Source of the DNA: Camelus dromedarius | Lineage: Eukaryota | Assembly (NCBI RefSeq): GCF_036321535.1 | Contig: NC_087447.1 | Coordinates: 37,946,001-38,010,000 of the forward strand | DNA: 64,000 nt | Reading direction: 5' to 3' | Shown here: positions 1 through 10,672 of the stretch, in pieces | How positions within the stretch are numbered: position 1 is the stretch's first letter | Layout of the letters: each line of letters begins with the position of its first letter | Position numbers and translations under genes: made by a program | Notes under the pieces: generated by a model | Told to the model about the DNA's origin: nothing | The model's database searches: none | Seen by the model: the letters and a program-made list of their open reading frames with translations, nothing else

Positions 1-510
1 GAATATGCACTTAATGTTAAATACAGATATTATTCAAAATAAATGCTAATGATAGTTTGAATCTGAAAATGGTTTCAGTTTAATTTGAATGAGGGTGAGA
101 AATTAGATGAATAGATTGCATATCAGATTTAATAACAAATTTATTGGCAAAGCAGCAATTAGAATGCAATCTATTTCTCAAATTATGGTTAGATTAGTAA
201 CTATGTTTGTGAAAGATGCAGATGTTTAAAAGCAGTAAAATATGCTCTAAGTTTGAATGAGGTATATGAAATTTATATAAATGAGTATTGTATACCTTAT
301 GTCTATTTGTAAATTGTGCTATATAACTTTGTAGCACCAAAAGTTTATGATAAACTTATATACACATTTACATTCATGCATTCATACCCTACCACACATT
401 CCCCCACCTCCACCCACCAAGAGCCAGATGCAACACAGTACTACTGAGAACACAGACTTGTATGATTCCAGGGACTGTAGGGGTGGGAGCATTCCTATCA
501 GGGCTCTTAC

Positions 511-596
511 CTGAGTGGTGCTGCTTGGAACATGCCCGCCTGGTACAAGACCAGGATGCTGAGGACCAGGAAGGGGGATAACTTCCAGAACCCCAT
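511..596 (-). CDS. Second CRSP/CALC-family paralogue, coding part of exon 2 (signal peptide [28 protein letters not shown]); exon spans 605..511; downstream exons not in the window
   Basis: Intact acceptor (ttgcag|AGAGGCATCATG), 86 coding nt, donor CTCAG|GTAAGA; W4 and YQAGM are CRSP-like. Identity (CRSP2/3-like or pseudogene) cannot be resolved here. Confidence 0.85.
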
Positions 597-1665
597 GATG
601 CCTCTCTGCAAGGGAAAATGATGTCACCCTGCAGCAGTTAAATATCTATGAGCCTGTAGACCCAAGCTCTGCTCCTGCCTCTCCCTCTAACTTCCTGGCG
701 TCCTGGATTCAGGCTGGTCATGTCATTTCCCTTCACCATTGTTTCCTCCTCAGCAAAGTGGACTGCTGGAAGATCCAGTAAGCCTGTAGCACACCTGGTT
801 TATCAAAGAAACCTTACAAGACAACTGAGTGATGAGGTCTCAGTCCATAGCCCACTCCCCAACACCCACACACTCTCAAATACAAACTGTTGGCCAGGAC
901 TCCTCTGAGGACAGACTTGGAGTACCATGTCACCACAGCTTTTCCTATAATGCAACACAGAGCTATTCCCACCCCACCCCTGCATTGCGGGGATTTTGCT
1001 CATACCAGGCAGGGGGCAAGGAGTAGAGAGGACATATCTGCAGTTTGAATCTCTGAGAAACCAAAGAACCAAATTCTACAGTTCACCTGATCCACATTTT
1101 GGCAAAGAGTACCCTGTAAGAAGCAAGCTGGTAGAGTCTCAACTTGAGACCCGGGATTTAAACTGGGGGGGAAAATCTCCCAGAACCTGCAGCTGGGGCT
1201 TGCGTTTAATGGTTACCTGCCCCTGGTCTTTGCACCTATTTGCCACCTGCTTGCATTGTCCCAGGCTCCGAACCCATTTCCCTAGGCACAGGGCGTGATC
1301 TGTGAGCGCACAGTCCCCAAATCTATTCCTGCATCCTGCTCTGCAAGAGATGCCTGCGACGCTCCAGCATCCCAAATGGACCTAAGCACGTGTGCGGCTG
1401 GAGACAGCGAGACTGGAGCCCGCTTCAGCACGGGAAGAGTGGAGCTGGGAGTCTGCGAACTGAGAGCATCCTGTGTTACCTGTGAAAGGAGGCTGCGACG
1501 AACTGCGGATTAACACAGATAGCGTGATGAACAGTCCCAGACAGAAGTGGATAGAAATTCTGAGATGGGAAAAGAGATCAGCTAAGAAAAAGTGACGGAG
1601 AGAGAGGGAAGGGAGAAGAGGAAGAGAGAAACACAATCACAGCCAAGCAGGAATCTCCAGCTTAC

Positions 1666-1783
1666 CTGGCAGCAGGAACCAGGTGGCTGGGAGCAGAAGA
1701 GGGAGCCGCGGCAGTAGCTTTGGCGTCAGGCGATGGCACTGTGGAAGAAGTGGCAGAGACACGACCTAGGCAGTGCCTCTGAT
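1666..1783 (-). other. Non-coding exon 1 of the second paralogue
   Basis: Donor GCCAG|GTAAG at 1666/1665; nearly identical to 45985-46095 apart from a 7-nt length difference at the 3' end. Confidence 0.8.
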
Positions 1784-1806
1784 TCCTCCCACACCAGCAG
1801 CTGCTC

Positions 1807-2054
1807 TTATTCCCGCTGCTCTGAGTCTGGGGTGGTTCAAGAGCTCCGGGCAACCAATGAGGGGAAGGATCCTGAGCCCCAGAAGGATTGTGTCACCACT
1901 TGCGTCTAGAACCTGGAGCATCCGGAAGGACCACCCCTGTTGTATTTGCATTGAGGTCACTGATGGAGGGGGTGGAAGGGGAGAGTGGGGGGCGCTGAGG
2001 ACCAACGAAAAACACAGGTAAAGTGAGCAGGAATTTGAAGACAGTTTGACGTCA
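1807..2054 (-). promoter_or_regulatory. Proximal promoter of the second paralogue: AATAA box (1807-1811), CRE-like/octamer (1944-1959), CRE TGACGTCA (2047-2054)
   Basis: Same motifs, nearly identical to 46119-46366. Confidence 0.8.
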
Positions 2055-5000
2055 TGGTAAACTTCACCTGTTCGATTCTGCGGGTTTTGAACACGCACCC
2101 GACTCCATCCCTAGGTGTGCGATCTTGTAGGGCAGAGTCCAGCATTACAGGTAATCCTGGCTCCCCGAAATCTAACTGTAAACCCCACTAAAAATGCCAC
2201 TTGCAGGTTAGTGCACAGCAGAGTTGATGATTCTGTGCTCAACCAGGGTGTCTGATTCAAGCAGCTGGAATTACCCACCCGGGGGCAGAGCAATGGGAAT
2301 CAAGAGGTAGAGGTTCAAGAACTTGTCAGACTTGAACTTATTCCAGCTGTGCCTTTTCCAGGCAGTAAGATCATGGGCTAGAAACGTCTAACACCTCAAT
2401 CTACTCATCTTTGAAATGGAGATCAGACTCCCGTGTTAAACCAATGTTCTCATTGGTAACCATGTACCTGTTTCCCAGCTAGGTAGGGACTGGAAGCGCT
2501 TCCTGAGAAAGCTCAAGGGGGATTCTGTGGGATCGCATCCTACTTTCCCACTCCCCACCTTGTGTGGATTCCTAGAGTCAACGCTGGGTGGTCCATGTGT
2601 GGGGAAGGAGGGGCAGGATGCCCCGCTGGGCTTGAGCAGGGAGGTTCGAGCCATAGATGCTTCCCAATCCTTCAGGCGCACTTCCAGCCCCGCCCCTTCC
2701 CCTCCACCTTTCATCACTGAAAACTCACCCACCTTCCCACTTGCCTAACTGCTCTTTGCTTCTGGCTGCTGTTACCAAGATGTTACAGTGGCTTGATATC
2801 AGCCCCTCACCCAAATCTACCGCAATTCAGTCCTTTGCTAGAAAGCCCACCAAGCTTGACAATACCAAAGAGTCTTGCGGAGTGTAATCCTCACATTCAA
2901 TTCCAGCCATACTCTTACACACACACAAACTCAGAGTTGTCTCCAAACATGTGCCCACTCCCAAACCACAGATACTCACAAAATGACATGACCACAAGAA
3001 CATCCACGTGGCGTTCACACTCAAACTTGCCGCAAGCGCGCCCACGCCAGAACAAAGAGGACCTGCATCCATGAAACGTGAACTTACTCTCCAGGTTAAG
3101 TGTGTTCCGCAACACCCAGTTACCCAGCACCTCCAACCTCCAACCTCCTACGCAACAGGTTTCCGGTTCTCTGTGTTGGGCTGCTGCTCTAAGACTACCT
3201 GAAGGTCCGAGCCCGCAGCGCATGATACACCGCAGCCCGTACACCATTGAGCGCGGCAAGCACTGCAGCGGCATCGGAAGCCGGTGGGGGGCAGCAAGGA
3301 CCCCAGCTAGGCTGTTATCCCAGGCAGAGCCAAAACTCGCTTCGGGCGAGCCATGAGTGACCCGAAACGCAAGTCTGCGCCACACTGCTCGGTGTCCAGA
3401 AGCTTCACTGTTTCCTTGGGCATGCCTACCTCTTGCCGCATTTCTTTCCGTTGAGAGGATGATGGTCTCCAGGCTCAGGACACCTAACTTCCAAAATGCC
3501 CTTATTCAACTTTTCTCCTTTTTAACTCCAGAGGCTTCACTGCCCGAAGGCAGTAAAATCTCGGGCAGGGGAAGTAGTTGCCTGAAACTAACTCTCCTCA
3601 GGACAGACTCATACTGGGCAAGGAACCTGAGAATGGAATAGTAGAAAGCACGGGTTGGCTTAGGCACAGAGCCGGAAAGGGGAGAGGTGCAAGGGAAGAC
3701 TTTCAGGATGGCTGATCACTGGCTGAGTGTGTCCTAGAAGCTAGAAGCAGACGTTCTGAGCTGAGACCCAGTCTTGAGTTTTGGGGCTCGGCAGTTAGGG
3801 TCCTGAGCCCTGGAGTGGGCTTTCAGAGAAAAGTGGCAAGACTAAATTGGCCAAGGTAGCATAGGGGATACTTTTGCATGTGAATTGGGCTCTGCCACTT
3901 AGGGGTATTGTGAGTCTTTAACTCTCAGGTGTGGAAATGACTTCCAAGACCTAAGGTTTCTGACATATGAATTTGTAAGTATGTGTGTCCTTGGACTGCA
4001 TCTTCCTAAGGAGAAATCCACAACTTTCACCTATGCAACAGTGACTGCAAAATGGCTAAGAAATGACTACTTTAGTAACTGAATTTGTAACCATGTGACT
4101 TTGTGGGCTCAGAGCTCTACCCCTGCCTGCCACGTGTGCCTTTAACCTGCAAAGCCTACAATCATTCCTCACTCTGAAATCTTTGGCAGCAACAAAGGGC
4201 TGGTGGTGTGAAGCCGGAATCAGGGTTTGTACCCAGAGGGTACTAACAGCCTCCAGCAGTTTCAAGCTTTACTTGAAAAGGCAGTCTCTCCAGATAGGGA
4301 CGAACTGAGATTAACTCCTCCCTCAAGTTTTCTGATTTCTAAGAAGTCCCTGGTGCCGAGCTGGGGTCCAAGGTTTAAAGTAGGCCTTTGGGGGCATTTA
4401 ACCAATGTTTGTTGAATAGGTAGAAGTTAATTTACTCTGACAAATCACCAGCCAATTTCACTACTATTACAAAGCTCCAATCCCATTTTGCAGAAAAATC
4501 CAGACCTAGTTAGGTATGGCAGCATTCTGCTTGGATTCTGAAACTGTGAGCACTAATATTTCATACAGATTCCTTTCATTTTATTTGTCACATAGAGTCA
4601 GTTTTCTGATAGAAACTTCCAGATATGAGACAGGGAAATAAATTAAACCCTAGGGTCTCTTAGTGTGAAATATAAAATCACTCTCCCCTAAGCCCATCCC
4701 TATTCACTAAGTGAACTCATGAAGTTTGTACATTTGCCTGTGCAGATAGCTTAGACTGGGTCCATCCCTCCCAGAAATTTCTCTGAACTTCAGGAGAAAC
4801 AGAACACGATCTTGAAAAAGTTGTCAAGGAATGTACTGTTTTTAAAATAGTCACTTGACCCTTTGGCACTTGATTTTATGATCTTATTTTATAACCTTAA
4901 ATTCTGGAAATCAGTGTCAGAAACAATCTAGTATGGAAAAAAATTTACAACACTCTTAAACTCTCACTGCAATTTTCATTTCCATTTTAAATTAGATTCA

Positions 5001-5126
5001 TGTGCTTTTTGATTTAAATTCTTTTTAAAAGATGATTTATTAGGGTACGCCAGGGACCCATATCTAGTTCAAAACTCTTATGTGAGTTTCCATACAATTA
5101 AAAGAGTTATAGCTGAAGGCTTATAC

Positions 5127-6283
5127 TTTTTTTTTTTTAAATGAGGTATAGTTCATTTACAACATTGTTTTAGTTTCAGGTATACAGCGTAATAATTCAG
5201 AGTTTATTTTTCCTGATTATATTCCATCATAGGTTATTACAAGATATTGGGTATAATTCCCTGTGTTGTACAGTAAATTCTTGTTGCTTATCTGTTTTGT
5301 GTATAGTAGTTTGTATCTGTTAATCCCATACTCCTAATTTGTCTCTCCTCACCTCCCTCTCCTCTTTGGTAACCATAATTTTCTTCTCTAAGTCTGTGAG
5401 TCTATTTCTGTTTTGTATATTGATTCATTTGTATCATTTTTAATATTCCACATGTAAGTGATATACAGTGTTTGTCTTAGACTTATTTCACTAAGAATAA
5501 TGTTCTGTAGGTCCATTCATGTTGCTGCAAATGGCAATATTTCATTCTTTTATGGCTGGATATATATCTTACATCTTAAGCCAATCATATGTTGATGGAC
5601 ATTTGGGTTGTTTCCATATCTTGGCTATTATCTGAACATTGGTGCACATGTATCTTTTTGAATTATAGTTCTCATATTTTCTGCATATATACTGGGGAGT
5701 GGGATTGCTGGATCATGTAGTAGCTTTATTTTTAGGTTTTTAAGGAACCTCATACTGTTTTCCATAGTTGTTGCAGCAATTTACATTCCCACCAACAGTA
5801 TATGAGGGTTCCCTTTCCTCCAAACCCTCTCCAGCAATTATTATTTAGTCTTTTTGATAATAGCCAGTCTGATTGGTGTGACGTGTTACCTCATTGTGGT
5901 TTTGATTTACATTTCTTTAATAATTAGTGATGTTGAGCATCTTTTCATATTGACCATCTGTATTTCTTCTTTGGAAAATGTCTGTTTAGGTCCTCTGTCC
6001 ATAATTTGATTAGGTCATTTGTTTTTTTGATATTGAATTGTATGACTGGTTTTAATACTTTGGATATTAACCCCTTGTTGGTTGCATTATTGTAAATATC
6101 CCCCCCCCCCATAGATTGTCTTTTCATCTTTTTGATGGTTTCCTTTGCTATGCAAAAGCTTTTCAGTGTGATTAGGTCCCATTTTTTTGTTTTTGCTTTT
6201 ATTTCTTTTGCCTTGGGAGACTGATCTAAGAAAATATTGCTACAATTTATATCAAAGAATGTTTTGCCAATGTTCTCTTCTAG
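5127..6283 (-). mobile_element. 5'-truncated L1 (3'UTR plus ORF2 end), specific to unit A
   Basis: Poly-T at ~5128-5138, typical artiodactyl L1 3'UTR; ORF 5945..6127 is ORF2-like (KGLISK..WTEDLNRHF); empty site in unit B near 49770. Confidence 0.85.
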
Positions 6284-6479
6284 GTTACTCCTTTAATTCT
6301 ATACAATTTGTCTATGATATAGTCAACAATAACAACAAAACCCACAACAGTAACAATCTCAGCAGAAGTAGCAACAACAACTCAAATTCATTCTCTTCAT
6401 TCTGGGGAAATTTTGGAACTGTCAAGTTAACATGAGAATTGCAACTGAAAATTGATTATACAGTGTTCTGCTTACAAGA

Positions 6480-8600
6480 AATTTAGAAATCATAATAACA
6501 AATAAAAAGCTGAACAGACTAAAAAAATCAACAACTCTTCTAGGAGCCCTATGAGAGAGAAGGATTTAAAAGATAATTTCTTCCCCCCAAGACTGGGGAG
6601 GCAGGCAGGCGAGTAGAGGAAGTAATGGCTTACCAGAGCAGACACTCACAAGGGCAACTTCACCTGGAACCAGTGCCAGAGTAGGAAAACCTGAATTGTA
6701 AACTGACAAATTGCTGGAGGCTCAGTGTGGACAATTTCTGAAAGTTAAAAACCCACCTTCCTGCCCTACAGTTGTCTGAGATTTACCACCAGGAACTCAA
6801 CCAGGTTCTCACAGTAAATATGGGAGAAAACTCCTCTTGTGCTTCCAGTAGGGGAAGGAGAAAAAAACCATTTTGAAATGCACCAGAGCATTCTCTTTTT
6901 CTTAATAAGGCCTGCCCTTATTAACTCAGCAGAAACTAGTTAACCAGAGCCTAACTTTGCTGGCATATTATCAGAGCCTAAGTGACCAAGGAGAAGGGAA
7001 ATTCCCAGCTAACCTCAGTTCCAGCCTTCTAAGTGGGAGAAGGGAAACACCCAATTGCAGGACACTCTTATCACCTCTCTCACCTAAGGAGAGAGGGGAA
7101 AAACTGAGAAACACCTGTGAAGTTCACAGTCTGGAGGAATAGGCTCACTAAAAGACCGAGACCTAATTATAGGACTATGGGAATCTTCCCCTGCCCTACA
7201 CCTCACCACCACATTACTAAAAGCCTATTTACAGCAGTTTTTCTCACCCTGTACATCATGTCCAGCTATCAAAAATTTAAAAGTGTACTAAAGGTAAAAA
7301 CAATATGCATACACAGTAAGCATCAGATCAACTTTTTTATACTTAGTTGATCTAACAGATAATTTATTGAAAATAATAGCTATGATGTATTCAATAATGT
7401 GGATATATGATATAGATAACTATACATCTGTATGCTTAGGTGTAATATATGTTAGTAGAATGAATGACAGCAATGATATAAGGAACAGGAGGATGGAATT
7501 AAGGTTATTTTGTTATTACAAGGTATGTACTATCCATGAAGTGTTATTTTAAAGGGGACATGGACTAGTTGTAAATGTAACTGCATACTCTAGGGAAACA
7601 ACTAAAAAAAAAAACTGTTTAAGTAATATAGCCAGTATGCTAAGAAAGGAGAAAAATGGAATCATGTAAAATGATTAATTAAATCCACAAAAGGCAGAAA
7701 AGGAGTGGAAGATAAAAATAGCAACCAAGAACAAGTGTAGCAAATAGACAGTCACAAATATGGCAGATATTAATTCAACCATATTAATAAGCACTTTGAA
7801 TGTCAATGGTCTGAATGTGCCAATTAGAAAACAAGACTGTCAGAGTGTATCAAAAATCAGCACCCAACTTATGTTGTCTGCAAGAAACTGACTGTAAATA
7901 TAAAGACACATATAAGTTAAAAGTGAGTAGAAAAAAATATTCCATGCTAAAAAAAGAAACAGGAGTAGCTATATTAATTTCAGACAGGGAAGCCTTCAAG
8001 AAAAGTTATCAGGGATAAAGGGGACTGCATAATAATAAAAGGGTCAGTTCTCCAGGAAGATATAATATTCCTTAATGTACTTGTGCCTAAAAACAGAGCA
8101 ACAAAATATGTGAGGCAAAACTGATAGTACTGCAAGGAGAAATTGATGAATCCACTACCATAGCAAGAGACTTCAACACCCCTCTATCAAAATGGACAGA
8201 TCCAGCAGGCAGAAAAATTAGTAAAGACATACTTTAACTCAGCAATGCCATCAATCAATTGGATATAATTAACATCTATAGAGTACTTTCACAATAGCAG
8301 AGAATGCACAGTTTTCTCCAGCTCACATGGAATGTTCACCAAGATAGGCCACATAACAAACCTTAACAAACTTAAAAGAACAGAAGTCATACAATGTCTC
8401 CTATCAGACTACAATGCAATTAAACTAAAAGTTACTAACCGAAGGATACAAATAACAAATGTACCACTCTGGTGGGGGATGTTAATAATGGGGTAGGCTA
8501 TGCATGCGTCAGGGCAGGAGATATGTGGGAAATCTCTGTACCTTCCTACTATTTTGCTATAAATCTAAGACTGCTCTAAAAACATAAAGTGATTTTTTAA
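6480..8600 (+). mobile_element. Old L1 (L1M-type) fragments: 5' region, ORF2 endonuclease remnant, 3' end
   Basis: Degenerate endonuclease motifs (CCLQET, GVAILISD, DFNTPLS) at ~7800-8440. Confidence 0.8.
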
Positions 8601-10164
8601 AATTGTTTGTACTGTGTAAAGAATGGGAGAAGCCAAAGCTTTCTATCAGTGATCTATGCAGGTAGATCTATAGAAACACTGGAGGAGGGGAACATCAATG
8701 TTTAATTAATAACCTAGAGATAAAATTACCTGAAAAATGTTGCATGTACTGTGAATGTGAAAATTATATAAAAATAATGCTGAAATAAAACAAAGCAAAA
8801 AATTATTAATATTAAAACTACAAATAGTTGAGTACCACCTATATGTCAAGCACTGTGTATATGTTCTCTCTTGTACTCTTAACACTTTAATAAGATGGGT
8901 ATCATTATCTTTGTTTTATAGGTGAGGAAACAGTAAGAGAATTTGTCTTGAATTGAACGTATTTTTAAGGTGCCACTGAGGCTCTGAGATGCTGGAACAT
9001 GGTTTATCTGTTGCAGCATCACGTAATTGGTCTGATCCTCTGGACATGACACTGAATCAGATGAGGACAAGGACACATCTGCCTGGTTTAGGGCTAATGT
9101 GACTTGTAGTTAGAGGCTCAAAGACCAAGCATGAATTATTTATAATTTCTGTACCAACATCTGGGAGATTGACAGTTTTGCACCAGGAAAATGTTGGTGC
9201 TACCATTTATGGAAATTGCTAAAGAATAAAACCAAATCAGACCCATAACAATATTCATAAAGTAACAATTTTAAATGCTTCAAAGAAACAAAAATCCAAT
9301 AACTTAACTTCTTAAGTTGGCATTATGCATTGTTTTACCTTGTCTGAAATTGTGATTGTTTCAGTAGATTGTTTTGTTTTGCCAGTGGATGCAGTAGGGG
9401 AAGGAGGAAGTGGAAAAAGTGCTGGGATTCAGGAGACAGGGTTCTAATTCCTACCCCCTAACCCAAATGGTGTGACTTTGAGAAAATCATTTGGGCCTCT
9501 GTGTCCACATTTGTCAAACAAATCTCTTAGATTGATTTTAAAGTTTCTAATTCTGACATTCTACAAATGTGCTGTAAACTTCATGCTGTCTTTACAGTAT
9601 CTTTATATAACACTGAGGTCATTCACTGTATGGCTTCCTCCACTTGCCCTGAGAGGTACTATTGTCTTCTGAAAGAACAGCTGAAGAGGTCAACATGAAG
9701 GAGTAAGGAAAATCATTCTGTTAAGTGATGCAATCAGAAAAGGCTCCTCCCTCCACCTGCTGCTCAATATGAGGAGGGAAGGGTTTTGTAAATAAATAGG
9801 AGGAAGAGGGGGACAGACACCTTGCTCTTGTATCCCTGACACTAAAAGATGTAACAGTGCCCTCTGAGAGGGGAGAGAGCTTGCCACCTGGACTGGCAGC
9901 ACCATATTTTCCTCTTTGACATGAAAATGGATCTACAACTGACTTCTGCTCTATGCCTGGACACCATGCTTTCTGCAAGTTGTCAGCAGAAGCTTTGCAA
10001 TGTGGCTGCGTGGTGCGTTCACCTATAGCCTAAAGCATCTATCTAATTGAACTTGAAAAATAAAGAGGAAATGAATAAGACCAACTTCCTAAGAATGATT
10101 ATGGTCTCTTAAGAGATAAGATTCACATAAATGAGTAATTAAAAACAATAAAAGACAGGGAATA

Positions 10165-10672
10165 AGTATTAGTTCCCTATTGCTGCAATAGCAAATTATC
10201 ACTAGTTTAGTGGCATAAAACAATGAAAATTTATTAACTTACACTTCTGTGGCTAGAAGTCCGACATCCAACACCAGTCTCACTGTGCAAAAAATCTTGG
10301 CAGGCTTGTATTCTTTTGGAGATTCTAGAGGAGATTCCATTTCCTTTCCATTTCCTTTCCATTTCCTGGTTCTTTGCCCACCCATGTTCCTTGGCCTGTG
10401 CCTCCCTTCCTCCATCTTCAGAACCAGTAATGGCAAGTTGAGCCCTTCTCACAGCACTTCACTCTGACCTCCTCTTCTGTTTCCTTCTTCCACTTGGAAG
10501 ACCCTTGTGATTTTAGTGGGCTCACCTGGATAATCCAGGCTAATCTCTCCACCTCAAGGTCCTCAATTTAATTACATCTTCAGAGTCACTTTTGCCATTT
10601 AAAGTAACAAATTTGCATTTCCAAGGATTAGGATCAAAGGTGGGAGTGAGGGCTCCTTGTTTTACCTACCAT
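10165..10672 (-). mobile_element. MaLR solo LTR (MLT1-type)
   Basis: Characteristic ends (tattagttccctattgctgc ... ctcacctggataatccaggctaatctc ... ctaccata). Confidence 0.75.

Noticed and set aside
1424..1444. REST/NRSE-like TTCAGCAC in intron 1 (also ~45743)
   Set aside because: Only the left half-site matches; there is no properly spaced GGACAG right half.
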